A DNA stretch of 64,000 bases from Phoronis australis (GCA_002633005.1 NMRA01000476.1:226911-290910); one strand, 5' to 3'. Numbered from the stretch's first letter, positions 1 through 12,900 are shown. Notes: a model not told the origin generated them from the sequence alone. Made by a program: numbers and translations.

Positions 1-1599
1 ATTACGACCTTTTAACCTCATAAATCAGTGACCTCATTTGCTGGGACTTGTCAAGTGGGCGTTAAGTTGTGGAGTCACGGATTCATGACATGTTGACAAG
101 AGAGTAAGATGGCTGATCGCCATGTAGCAGATCTGTTAAGTTCTTGCCAAGGATTGCAGCATCAAGATCAGCGAGAGCTAACTGATCTAATCCAAGAATA
201 TTTTGTGGATGGAGAAGAGGGCGAGGTTGGTGACAGCGACGAGACATTGTCTTGTGACAGCGACTCGCCGGATGATGAGTTTGACGATCAAACCATCGTG
301 AACCCAGTTGCGTTGGAACAAGAGCTTGAAGATCACAATATTGATGAGCTTTCTCGCAGAGCAATGTCTTGTTCTTGCAAAGCGAATGGAGCTGGGTGCC
401 GGCAAATAAAAGTTTCTACAGAAGACGATCTTCCGACAGGGTGCATCACACAGTTTGATGTTGAGGAAATCGTGGCTCTGCAGTTGTCGGTGAAAGATAT
501 GGATAGGGGTGAGTCACTGTAATTCATTCTCAAAATTATTAATACAAAGTTAACGTAGAATTTCGAATTCTTGTGAACAGGAGTCACGAATGTTTATTTG
601 GTAACTGACATGATTTTATTTTATTAAACTTCGCCAAATTACATTAATTTTAACTACCTAGTTGTACTTGCGGTAACCCACTTTCCAGAAGTGAACTGAC
701 CGTTTACATTAGCTGGGAAATGTATTGACCCAGTTGGTTACTTGCAGTTGTCTAACAAGATATTACTCCTCTCAAGTCAGGGGGCAGAACATCCAACACC
801 AGGTCAATCAGTCTCCAAGATGTGAGAACTATTGTGCAGTTCCTCACCAACTATGCGGAGGCAAATGCTGTGTCATTGCCTGGGAGGGTTCCTGGATACA
901 AGCGGGGACGACATACGTCTACTTTCCTTTTCATCACCAAAGAGCAAGATTTTTAGGCTATACTCCTAACACGCTAACAGGCATATGTATGCTCTAACAT
1001 AGTTAATGGTTACAAACTAACACTATGATAGACTGCATTAAGTAAATTTTGATCTTTTTCAAATTTTGTTAAGTTTTTAATAATGTGTTGTATAATAACC
1101 CGTTTGCTTAAGTTTCTCTGTTTTATTAGCATCTAATTCTTTTTTCAGACTAACACGCATTGATTGTTTTGTTTTGTCATGAAGCATCTGAATTTGAATC
1201 GAAGATCCATCATCTCGATGCCATGTAAGTTGTAACTTCTATAATATTGGTGATCATGGTCATTAATTATTGTGTTGTTGTTGTCTCTTAGACTCAAATT
1301 TCACGCCAAGCTGAGAAAAATCAGTCACAAATTTTCATGAAATATAAGTAATAGCCTACAAAAGTACATATTTATTTTTGAAAATCGACAAAATTTTGAA
1401 ACAAAATTTTTTGAGTAATTTTCAAATAAATTGGTTTTCTTTTTCGTCTGATTTCTTTCATGATTATTGTAATAACTTCAACGAAGCCAGAAAAATTTTG
1501 ACGAAAATCGGTAACTTTTTAAAATCTACTGTATGAAGATGAATGTACAATGCAACTCTCTTTGATTTAAGTCCAGATCAACATCATTCAATATTTGTT

Positions 1600-3028
1600 A
1601 CAAGAGCAACGCGGAGCGTTGAAATGCGCCCACAATTGCACCGCATACGGTATCCTTCTAGGGTTGTTTATTGGTACCATAAAGTGGCCAGTAGAGGGCA
1701 TACTTTGCAAAATGGAAAGGCATGGTCATTGTCTCCTCAATAGGCTAGGGGCAAAATGTGAGTAATCTTCATAATACAAGCACATCCTATACACCAGTTG
1801 CTTAAAGCACCACAGAAACANNNNNNNNNNNNNNNNNNNNNNNNNNNNNNNNNNNNNNNNNNNNNNNNNNNNNNNNNNNNNNNNNNNNNNNNNNNNNNNN
1901 NNNNNNNNNNNNNNNNNNNNNNNNNNNNNNNNNNNNNNNNNNNNNNNNNNNNNNNNNNNNNNNNNNNNNNNNNNNNNNNNNNNNNNNNNNNNNNNNNNNN
2001 NNNNNNNNNNNNNNNNNNNNNNNNNNNNNNNNNNNNNNNNNNNNNNNNNNNNNNNNNNNNNNNNNNNNNNNNNNNNNNNNNNNNNNNNNNNNNNNNNNNN
2101 NNNNNNNNNNNNNNNNNNNNNNNNNNNNNNNNNNNNNNNNNNNNNNNNNNNNNNNNNNNNNNNNNNNNNNNNNNNNNNNNNNNNNNNNNNNNNNNNNNNN
2201 NNNNNNNNNNNNNNNNNNNNNNNNNNNNNNNNNNNNNNNNNNNNNNNNNNNNNNNNNNNNNNNNNNNNNNNNNNNNNNNNNNNNNNNNNNNNNNNNNNNN
2301 NNNNNNNNNNNNNNNNNNNNNNNNNNNNNNNNNNNNNNNNNNNNNNNNNNNNNNNNNNNNNNNNNNNNNNNNNNNNNNNNNNNNNNNNNNNNNNNNNNNN
2401 NNNNNNNNNNNNNNNNNNNNNNNNNNNNNNNNNNNNNNNNNNNNNNNNNNNNNNNNNNNNNNNNNNNNNNNNNNNNNNNNNNNNNNNNNNNNNNNNNNNN
2501 NNNNNNNNNNNNNNNNNNNNNNNNNNNNNNNNNNNNNNNNNNNNNNNNNNNNNNNNNNNNNNNNNNNNNNNNNNNNNNNNNNNNNNNNNNNNNNNNNNNN
2601 NNNNNNNNNNNNNNNNNNNNNNNNNNNNNNNNNNNNNNNNNNNNNNNNNNNNNNNNNNNNNNNNNNNNNNNNNNNNNNNNNNNNNNNNNNNNNNNNNNNN
2701 NNNNNNNNGGCAGGATAGCGTCATCTCACTACTAGGTGCCTACATACCAAATTTCATGAAAATCCGTTCAGGACTTTTGAAGATACAAAGGTAAGCGTAA
2801 AAAACTAAAATTGCCACTAGGGGGCACACCGGTAGTCGGATCCGTCCGAAAGTTCGCACATGCCGTCCCATTCATGAATGGAACATATGTGCCAAATTTC
2901 ATGAACGTATGTCAAAGGGTTTTGGAGATAGAGCAGCGGACGCCGGACGCCAGACGCCGGACGGACGGACGGACGGACAGAGATGACGGCATAATGCGTC
3001 CACATATAAATATGTGGGCGCATAAAAA
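1600..3028 (-). mobile_element. HINE / DINE-1-like non-autonomous Helentron (interior in an N gap)
   Basis: Minus-strand 5' end: TTTTT, subTIR ATGCGCCCACA, its inverted copy TGTGGACGCAT, then a (GTCC)n microsatellite. Minus-strand 3' end: subTIR TGTGGGCGCAT, hairpin CAACGC-TCC-GCGTTG, then CTCTTGT. A near-identical 3' part recurs at 17641. Confidence 0.8.
1821..2708. other. Assembly gap
   Basis: N run. Confidence 1.
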
Positions 3029-3108
3029 TTGTTCAAACTTTCTCAGAAATGACATCACTTTCACTTTCATGTGCATACAGTCTCATTGAAGCTGCTTCTC
3101 CAGCAAGC

Positions 3109-3527
3109 TGTGGTGGTGCAGTGGTAAGAATGCTTCCTGTCAACCATGTATGTGGTGGTGCAGTGGTAAGAATGCTTTCTGTCAACCATGTATGTAGTGG
3201 TACAGTGGTAAGAATGCTTCCTGTCAACCATGTATGTGGTGGTACAGTGGTAAGAATGCTTCCTGTCAACCATGTATGTGGTGGTACAGTGGTAAGAATG
3301 CTTCCTGTCAACCATGTATGTGGTGGTGCAGTGGTAAGAATGCTTCCTGTCAACCATGTATGTGGTGGTACAGTGGTAAGAATGTTTCCTGTCAACCATG
3401 TATATGGTGGTGCAGTAGTAAGAATGCTTCCTGTCAACCATGTATATGGTGGTGCAGTGGTAAGAATGCTTTCTGTCAACCATGTATGTAGTGGTGCAGT
3501 GGTTAGAATGCTTTCTGTCAACCATGT
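3109..3527. repeat. 42-bp minisatellite, ~10 copies (tgtggtggtgcagtggtaagaatgcttcctgtcaaccatgta)
   Basis: Head-to-tail near-identical units with no spacers. It explains the periodic ORFs at 3033-3566, 3049-3552 and 3067-3525. Confidence 0.97.
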
Positions 3528-6500
3528 AGCCCAGTTACAAAAACATTTGTAGTTCAAGGTTTTCATAGTATTTCCGCCACCTTAATAGCCCTGGTGGCAG
3601 TCAATTTGAATTGATGTATTGAATTTTTATTGTCGTGTAATGTTTGGCACAGAGAATTGCAACTTGTACTATGTCTTTATTTTCTCAAGAATAAGAGCTG
3701 TATCTCAGTAAACTTTCACAAGCACATGTTGGAACCTCTGTCCATATAATATACTGTTGTAGCAAAGCCAATGACTGACCTTTGTTGGCGTTGCCAAAAG
3801 ACCAACATGTCTATAGTTAGAAGTGCAAACTTGTCTAACGCTGAGAAGATGCATCTGCTTCAACAGCAACAAGACCACTTGGCCACAGTTGATGCTGAGC
3901 GCAACTACTATCGACAGCTATGCAGAGATGCCAAAACTGCTGCCATAAGCATAGGATGCACCACCTTAAGGCAAACAGCGGCCAATACCGAGCCTATTGA
4001 GATGCACTACAGCTTTGACAGCAAGTCCATTATCCAAACAACGTGGCACACTCTGGACCACTCTATTTCTCAACCCCTTGAAAGTGTGGTCTATGTGGAG
4101 TTCATTGTGAGGGTGTTTCAAAGCAAGTAAGAATAACTCTTCACATAATTTAGGTTAATTTTCTTTTAACTAAACTAAAGCAATTAAATTGTTTGTTTGT
4201 TTTTTTCAAATCATGAATAAATTAAAATAAAATTTACCAACAACATTGTTTAAAAGGATTCAGTTCACATTGGCAAATTGCCATTCTGAGAAACTGTTCA
4301 TTGTTTGCACATTTCATAGCATCACGGTCCTCATGTGCATTTTTATTATGACTTGAGGTCAACTTTCTGATTAACGTGGCTCACTCAGGTAGCAAGGGCA
4401 CCATCATGGTCATTAGATATCTCCATTACTTCTTCAAGAATTTTGGTCTTGGTGAGCAAACACTCCACTTGCATTGTTACAACTGCTCTGGCGAGAGAAC
4501 AAAACAAGTGGGTTCTGCTTTATTTCGCCTAGAGAATTCAGAATGGTCTTCACACAGGTACGATCAATGAAACAATTTAGGCTCCTGACATACATATTAG
4601 AGTCTCATTAACTCAAAAAAACCCAAGGCTTTTCAGTGTTTTTGACAGTACATCTAAATCTCATTAAAATGATTGTCTTTACTTTCTTCATTTTGTTTCT
4701 GTTCGTTATCATATGAATTCGTCCACAAATATCCACTGTGTTCATGGTCATAGTTTTGAGCCATAAGATGTTATTTGGATTGAAATTAATTGCCTTACTA
4801 CTTTACTTTTGTTATTTTCTAGACTAGTTGTTTATTATTATTAATCTTCTCTTTTAGGTCACCTCCAACTTCACGCCTCCTGGTCATACCAAATTCGCAA
4901 CAGACTGGTGTTTTTGGTCTACTGAAGCACAGGTATCGCCGGTGCCATGTGTCCTGTCTTGATAACATTGCGGAAGCCGTGAGGGACAGCACACCAGTGT
5001 CACATCTTAACCTTGTGCAGTTAGTGGCCAGAGAAGATGGAGCGACCATTGTGCCAATGCACAACTGGCAAGACTTTTTCTGCCAAACTTTCAGAATGAT
5101 GCCTGGTATTTTGCCTTTGGGTCACTTTAGGTCAGTAGAGATTTTTATTACTTTCAGGTAGTATGGACGCCATAGCTTCGTGAATTGTATGTGTTCATAC
5201 AATATGCTTCTTACTAATACATGCTTTAATTTATACCTTGTACAGAAATCTGATAAAGCCTAATACTTGTTTTTTCAGTTTCTTTTAAGTGGTGAGGCAT
5301 TTATTTTTCAAAACTTATTCGGTATCATTTGCCTTTTTTAAAGTTTACTGCTGACAGCCCAGGTATCATGTTTTATCACGAGGAACTTGAGGATGAGGAA
5401 TCTTCCTCTAACTTGGCCGTCCCTGGTGTCGTCTTAAATGGAATGCCACCTATTGTCCCACCTCCTGGACTCAGCAGGCAGTGACAACAATACTTGTATA
5501 ACTACATCAGAGACTTTGTTAGGGCTGACAAGAGAGATGTTGTGTGCCCAGCTCCACAGTAAAAGTGTGAATTATGGGACTTACATTATGCCATTGTTCA
5601 GACAGTGGACCTTATTTAAAGTGGAACTTGCATGCTAAATCCTTATCTCTGTGATTGCTTGTTAGTTAGACACACAGCATATAGCAATGATGTAAACATG
5701 AACTAGGTTGAAATTTGCTAAATGTTTTTAAAAATGAGTTTTGCGTCGAAAATGATCCGCCATAAATTACCGAACCGTGTCTGGTAAGTACCATGACGTG
5801 GTGCTAGGGAATAACACTGCATGATAAGGCTTTATGAGCATGCAAATAGCAATGCAATGGTCACTTCTTTCCAGATTTTTTTGTTTTCACATTTGCAAGT
5901 TGTCAATGAATCCAACTACATTCTGTTTAGTGTAGATGATGTTCAAATAACATTGTCGTTTAGTGTAGATGACGTTCAAATAGCATTGTTGTTTAGTTCC
6001 TGCTATACATTAGTATATTCAGGAGCATACAAATACATGTTTAATGTTGTTCTCATGTCACACGTTTGGTGTTTTTGTTTCGTTTCCAGGTCAAACAGTC
6101 GATTACAAATCCCCCGAAAACCCTCTTTCGAATGGTCATTAAACTTTAATGGCAGCCATCTTGAATTAGTCACCATGACAACATGTAATTATATTTTTTG
6201 CCCTCATTGGTTCCTCATTTTTGGTGTGAAGACCATGCCTATGATTTATTGTACTAACTGACAATTGGTTAACTTCCATTTATATAGCCATTACATTTGA
6301 TGCCGGCCATTTTGAATTATTAGTTACCATGGCAACAAATATTAAAAAGAGAAAAATTATATTTCTCAACTGAATCATGCTGTGGTGTGATTAGTTTAAA
6401 AACTTCCTTTTTTCTAATCATGAATACCTTTCATTAATATATTGGCCATCTTCAATGCATTTTCATTGATTGGTGGCCATCTTGGAAAATGGCCGCAATT

Positions 6501-6958
6501 ACGTCATGCAGTCAATATTTTTTGCTAATTTTTGATTGATTTTATTTCTTATGTAATTTATAAAATAATCAGTCTAAAATGTAGCACTCAATGGCAGGTT
6601 GCTATGGAAATTTTAAAGAAATTAATATAACTTTTTCTCGGCCATTTTCCAAAACTTTTTTAAGCTCCAATTTTTCACTTTCCCTGACTAGAAATGGCAA
6701 TAACTCAGCCAGTTAAGATAAGGACACATTTCATACATCAAAATGATAAAAAAATACTGTATTTTCAAAATAAATAACAAACAAATTCCTACAAGACTCC
6801 TTTTGTGGTGCTGGGTCACATTTACAGTATTTCACATGCAGCAGAGTAAAAAATACTCAAGCATGCGCCAGTATCCCACCCTCCCTAAACTAATTAATGT
6901 GAACACTCCTTCAGAAACAATAAGGGGACCAATCACATTGTCCACAAAACCCACCAAC

Positions 6959-9900
6959 CTGTTGTTGTTGTTTCAACTGCTGCTCCATCTGTTGTTGCTG
7001 TATCAACTGCTGCTGCTTCAACTGCTGCTCCATCTTTGCCCTTTCTTCCTCCATCCGTCGCTGTTCTTCCTCCATCCGCCGCTGCTGCTCTGCCATCTGT
7101 TGGTTCATCTGTTCACTCCTCATCTTCAACAAATGTTCCTGCTGTTCCTTCATCTGACGTTGCAACGCTGCCTGCAGGTGATGACAAAGCACTTACAAAA
7201 TACTGCCTAAAGCTTATTTCTTCATGTGAAAGCAGACATTTTGGATTGACAGGAGCCCCTTCACATTCTAATGGCACCTGCTGACTTAGTGTGTGGGCCC
7301 TGGAATTTGCAGATTAATTGATAAAATTCACCAGTAATGCATTGGTTTAACATGTGCCCACTACCTACCAGTTACTTTAGCATAAGAGTTCCAATAGACC
7401 CACTAACATACAAGCCTCTATCAATTTGTTACTGTAGTATGTGAACCCGAACCTTTCGTTAATTACATGCCAACGAGCCTTTTCTTACCTCCTGACTTAG
7501 CATTTGAACCCCTAACAACTTACTGACTGTGTATTTGAGCCCCTGAAAACCCGCTAATTTAAAATGACCTCCCACCAACTTACTTTTTGATTTAGCATAT
7601 GAGCCCCTACAACTCCGCTGATTTATCATGTGAGCTCCTACAGACTTACCGATTTAGCATGCAAGGCCTTCCAAACCAGCTGATTTAACACGAGAGCTTG
7701 ACCAATTTGCTGATTTAGCATGTGAGCCCCTCCAAACCTGCTGATTTAGCATGAGAGCTCCAATCAACTTGCTCATTCAGCACGTGAGCTCCTACCAACC
7801 TGCTGATTTGCATGTGAGCCCCTACAGACTTGTTGGTCTAGCACGTGCGACCCTCCAAACCTGATACTTTGGCATGTGACTGATGTGAGCCCCTACAGAC
7901 TTGTTGATCTAGCACGTGCGACCCTCCAAACCTGACACTTTAGCATGTGAGCCCCTGCCTACCTGATGATCTTGCTGTTGCTTCATGGCCAGTGTCTGTG
8001 CTTCCAACATGGCCTCTTCCTGTCTCCTCAGGTTCTCTGTGTGAAGTCGCTCCTGCTCCTGTTGCATCTTTTGTAGCTGTTCTACCTGAGACGTCATGGC
8101 CAACTGTTGGCTAGGCATTGTTGTAGACACTTGGGATTGCAGCGGTGAAGGCTCTGTGGCCCTGGAAGGAGGCAGAGAGGTGCTCGTACTGATTGGTTGC
8201 GCCTCGGCACTACCACTCGGCTGACGGGAAGCTGTAAGAGTAAGGAAAATGACGTACAGGTACAAGGGCATCCCCTATCTCACATAGCTGCAACCCTCGA
8301 CAGCAAGATAAGAAACAAGGTGACTTTCACCAAAACTAATTCAATAGAGAGTAATGACGGCACTACTCTTCTAATGCCAATAACAAAACTGACAAAGCTT
8401 ACTATTTGCTTATTAGGCATGGTAATCTTTGGTCAGTGTTTATAATTTCCACAACCCATCACCAAGGAAACATTACTTGAAGGGTGTTTCACAACAGTAT
8501 TACTGCAAAATTCCTTTCTGAGAAGGAGACTCTGTGGTATCTTCACCATAAAGGGACAAAGAGTCAACTGGATCAACAAACTGAACACTTGGGTACTCGA
8601 CCATTTCGAGTGATATTTTTTCTTGTTATGGAGGAGGGGCAACTACTATGGACTCGCCCTGAATGGTGATGTAACTTACCCTTTGGCTCTGTTGCACCAG
8701 ACTGAACTTCGCTTTTTTGTTTGTTCTTGCCAGTTTCCCATGGCAAGGAGGCGTCCCTCTTGGCTGGAGGTGAGAACAGGTCCAGTCCCCTCTCATCAGC
8801 ACTGGGGGGTCTTTGTGCAGGCTGAGGAGTCACTGACTTCACTTCTTCGCCCAGACTCAACCAGTCGTCTGCTTCTCCACTCTTCTGTTTGTTCACAGCA
8901 CTTGTCTTCGAACTACGTGGTGAGGCAGACTTCTTCTCTTCAGTTTTTTGCGAAGAATCTTTAATGCCAAGCCAGTCGGAAAATCCCTGCTCCTCTTTTT
9001 TAACTTGTTGCTTCTTGGCAAACCCCAACCAGTCACCCGGGTCACTCTTATCTGGAGACGAATCCTGATCTCCAATGCCCAGCCAATCACGATCACTAGA
9101 TGCTGCAGGTTTGGTCTCAGCAGTCTCATTACCCAGACCCAGCCAATCACTGGCTTCTTGACTAGCTTGTTTCTTCAACACACCACTTCTAAGGCCTTCG
9201 GGAGACTCTGTAAGCTTATCTGGGGTGTGCTGCCCAAGCCCCTGTGTGTCACCAGCAGAACTGAGTTTGGGATCCAATTTTTTCTGAGTCTTTCTGCCAA
9301 GCCAATCAGTATCCTCTTCAGCAGATTTAGTCTCCTTGATAGAATCCCCAAGACCAAGCCAATCTAAAGAGTCATCAGATTTCTTTTTCGATTTCGGCTT
9401 GACCTCCGCAGCTGCGGCTGGTTTTAATTTCTCTGCTGATTTTCCTGAAGCCATTGACAACCAGTCGTCTCCATCCTCATTGTCTACGGTAGCTGATATA
9501 CCACCTCGACCACGCCTTGCACCGCCACTTCCTCTAGCTGAAGGAAAAGTAGACAGTCCAAACAGCTCGTCTTCGTCTTCTTGAAACCTGTGCGAGTGAA
9601 CAAATTAGATATGACTAGACATATCAGTTCATTTTGCAAACAGTTTTAGAACATCGTCACCTCCATACAATGCCTCCTTCTTAAAAGGAAAATGCACTTA
9701 GAAAAGTTTTGACAGTTTAATGATTTTCATTTGAAATTCAATGTCACCAACAGCAAAATTCTAAACAAACACACTTTAACGTTCCTATTTAGTAGTCTGA
9801 AGTTGGGTACAGAAACACTCTTTTGGAGTCAAATGAACAGCACTGTTCTTTCAAGGACATACTCTGTCCTTACTTGTTCCAATGAGTAAGACCAAGTTTG

Positions 9901-12900
9901 AGCTAAGCACACATGTGTCACTGAGGGACATGAGACATCAAGTCTGGAATGTGTTACCTGACACTACGCCTGCTGCCTGGCTTCATAGTAGCAGCTGCAC
10001 TCGGCATGTAGTCACCAAAGTTAAAGTCATCTTCACTTGGTTCGATGACCTTCTTATCTAAACAAACAACGTAATAAAGTTGTGACTCCTGAAACTAAAA
10101 TATTGAGTACCAAGATTAAAACTAATTACAACCTAGTCAAAAAAGAATGGGTTTGAAATTAATTCACAGCTCTATTCAAGAGCGATCACTGAGGTATACC
10201 TGTGATAGTGAATGTCTCAACATATGTCACAGATAGCATTAACACAAACATGAATTGTAACAAGGGTATGTATCATTAATCTAGTTAAATAAAACTTTAT
10301 AAGTGATTCATGTTTGAAAAACATTTCACAGCCTATGCTGAAGTCATACACATATATAAGACAATAAAGAAAGTTAAAAAACAAGGAAAACAAACAACAG
10401 AGGCGATTTAAAGCCAACCTTTCTGAATAGGCTCCTTCTTCTTATATTTTTCATCCAGGACAAACTCTCTTCTCTGCCCAGGGCTAGTTTTCTCCATCTC
10501 CTTGTTCACACTGCCCTTCCCAAGAAGTGAATCCAAAATACTGCGTCCCTTTGGAGCATCCTCATCATTTTTGGCTTTTCTGAAGAAACATTGGCAGCAA
10601 TGGACAGAAATTACATTTTTACTGAATGACATACAAGCACGTCAGTAACACGAAAATAAGTGGTTTACTTGACACCACAGATAACATTAGCATTATCAAT
10701 CCACAGCTGGAGGATAAAAAGTGTAAAGTTCTTAATATAGAATATAAAGTGTTCAGGTTGACAGCTAGTCATCTAGATTCAGCGGTCACGAATGGTCATT
10801 AAATGTTGAGGCACACCATAAAACCAGTTCTAACAAAACGTTTTCTTTTGGTCAAGGGAGATAGATGGATTTAACATCTGATGAAAACAGATTAAGGTAA
10901 CCGACTACAGCAAAAGATCACCAATTTTGGAAAAACTTGTTACCAGAATTACCCTTTCTCATTTTTTAATCCTTGCAATGCAAACCACATGGTATGAGAC
11001 ATGCCAATAAGTAAATTCACAGTAAACAGCAACGCTGACCACGCACGCACGGACGCAAACACATGCACACACACACACCCACGCNCATCCTCATTGTCTA
11101 CGGTAGCTGATATACCACCTCGACCACGCCTTGCACCGCCACTTCCTCTAGCTGAAGGAAAAGTAGACAGTCCAAACAGCTCGTCTTCGTCTTCTTGAAA
11201 CCTGTGCAAGTGAACAAATTAGATATGACTAGACATATCAGTTCATTTTGCAAACAGTTTTAGAACATCATCACCTCCATACAATGCCTCCTTCTTGGAA
11301 AATGCACTTAGAAAAGTTTTGAGTTTATTGATTTTCATTCGAAATTCAATGTCACCAACAGCAAGATTCTAAACATACACACTTTAACGTTCCTATTTAG
11401 TGGTCTGAAGTTGGGTACAGAAACACTCTTTTGGAGTCGAATGAACAGCACTGTTCTTTCAAGGACATATTCTGTCTTTACTTGTTCCAATGAGTAAGAC
11501 CAAGTTTGGGCTAAGCACACATGTGTCACCGAGGGACATGAGACATCAAGTCTGGAATGTGTTACCTGACACTACGCCTGCTGCCTGGCTTCATAGTAGC
11601 CGCTGCACTCGGCATGTAGTCACCAAAGTTAAAGTCATCTTCACTTGGTTCGATGACCTTCTTATCTAAAAAAAACAACGTAATAAAGTCGTGACTCTTG
11701 AAACTAAAAGACTGAGTACCAAGATTAAAACTAATCACAACCTAGTCAACAGACAATGGGTTTGAAATTAATTCACAGCTCTATTCAAGAGCGATCACTG
11801 AGGTATACCTGTGATAGTGAATGTCTCCACATATGTCACAGATAGCATTAGCACAAACATGAATTGCAAGTAACGAGGGTATGTTTCATTAATCTTTTAC
11901 TACCATTCATCCAGTTAAATAAAACTTCTTTAAGTGATTCATGTTTGAAAAACATTTCACAGCCTATGCTGAAGTCATACACATATAACTATAAGACAAT
12001 AAAGAAAGTTAAAAAACAAGGAAAACAAACAACAGAGGCGATTTAAAGCCAACCTTTCTGAGTGGGCTCCTTCTTCTTGTATTTTTCATCCAGGACAAAC
12101 TCTCTTCTCTGCCCAGGGCCAGTTTTCTCCATCTCCTTGTTCACACTGCCCTTCCCAAGAAGTGAATCCAAAATACTGCGTCCCTTTGGAGCATCCTCAT
12201 CATTTTTGGCTTTTCTGAAGAAACGTTGGCAGCAATGGACAGAAATTACATTTTTACTGAATAACATACAAGCACGTCAGTAACACGAAAATAAGTGGTT
12301 TACTTGACACCACAGATAACATTAGCATTATCAATCCACAGCTGGAGGATAAAAAGTGTAAAGTTCTTAAATAATATAGAATATAAAGTGTTCAGGTTGA
12401 CAGCTAGTCATCTAGATTCAGCGGTCACGAATGGTCATTAAATGTTGAGGCACACCTTAAAACCAGATCTAACAAAACGTTTTCTTTTGGTCAAGGGAGA
12501 TGGATTTAATATCTGATGAAAACAGATTAAGGTAACCGACTACAGCAAAAGATCACCAACTTTGGACAAAACTTGTTACCAGAATTACCCTTTCTCATTT
12601 TTTAATCCTTGCAATGCAAACCACATGGTATGAGACATGCTCCCAATAAGTAAATTCACAGCAAACAGCAACGCTGACCACGCACGCACGCACGCACACA
12701 CACACACACACGCACACACACACGCACACACACACACACACACACGCACACACACAAAAACACACACACACACACTACCTTGGACTATCATCAAATCCCA
12801 TAGTGTCAAGTACATCGCCATCATCAAAGTCTATGTCATCCTTCTTCACCCCCCGAGACTTGCTATCAGCACCCTTCTGAGGAGTCTTCGGCTTCTCATC

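Larger units (their letters stand above)
109..5562 (+). pseudogene. Decayed, intron-containing DDD-type transposase (Sola-like, DUF7869-type)
   Basis: Approximate exons: 109-508, ~712-980, ~3690-4126, 4358-4557, 4858-5130, ~5344-5562, mostly with GT/AG borders. Motifs read across frames: FLTNYAEANAVSLPGRVPGYK, KPMTDLCWRCQK, MHYSFD, YFS(T)P.KCGLCGV, QVNFLI, KGTIMVIRYLHYFFKNFGLGEQTLHLHCYNCSGE-NK, GHTKFATDWCFGLLK, PPGLS..QQYLYNYIRDF..VVCP. Several stops and frameshifts. The family assignment is from recalled motif order, not a search. Confidence 0.75.
1..6732 (+). mobile_element. Sola-like DNA transposon within an FBF1 intron; left end outside the window
   Basis: Contains the transposase relic. 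A terminus-like right end (...ggcaataactcagccagttaagataaggacacatttc) lies near 6732. The matching TIR and TSD cannot be checked, so the boundary is tentative. Confidence 0.5.

Noticed and set aside
1726-2724. Long ORFs over N runs (also near 24382-24883, 25997-27021 and 27966-28493)
   Set aside because: Artefacts of translating assembly gaps.
3109-3527. CRISPR-like array or repeat protein from the 42-bp repeat
   Set aside because: Units are contiguous with no unique spacers, there are no cas genes and the context is eukaryotic. Open frames on both strands follow from a stop-poor unit whose length is a multiple of 3.
5482-5484. In-frame TGA in the last transposase exon as selenocysteine or readthrough
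   Set aside because: The gene has multiple other stops and frameshifts, so a simple nonsense mutation is more parsimonious.
6743-7210. Leucine-rich plus-strand ORF
   Set aside because: Antisense shadow of the Q/E-rich FBF1 exon 7171-6959.
12585-12615. Possible FBF1 micro-exon (LQGLKNEKG followed by gtaatt)
   Set aside because: The acceptor is a weak AAG, it would introduce a stop in the incoming phase, and the flanking exons already join in frame.
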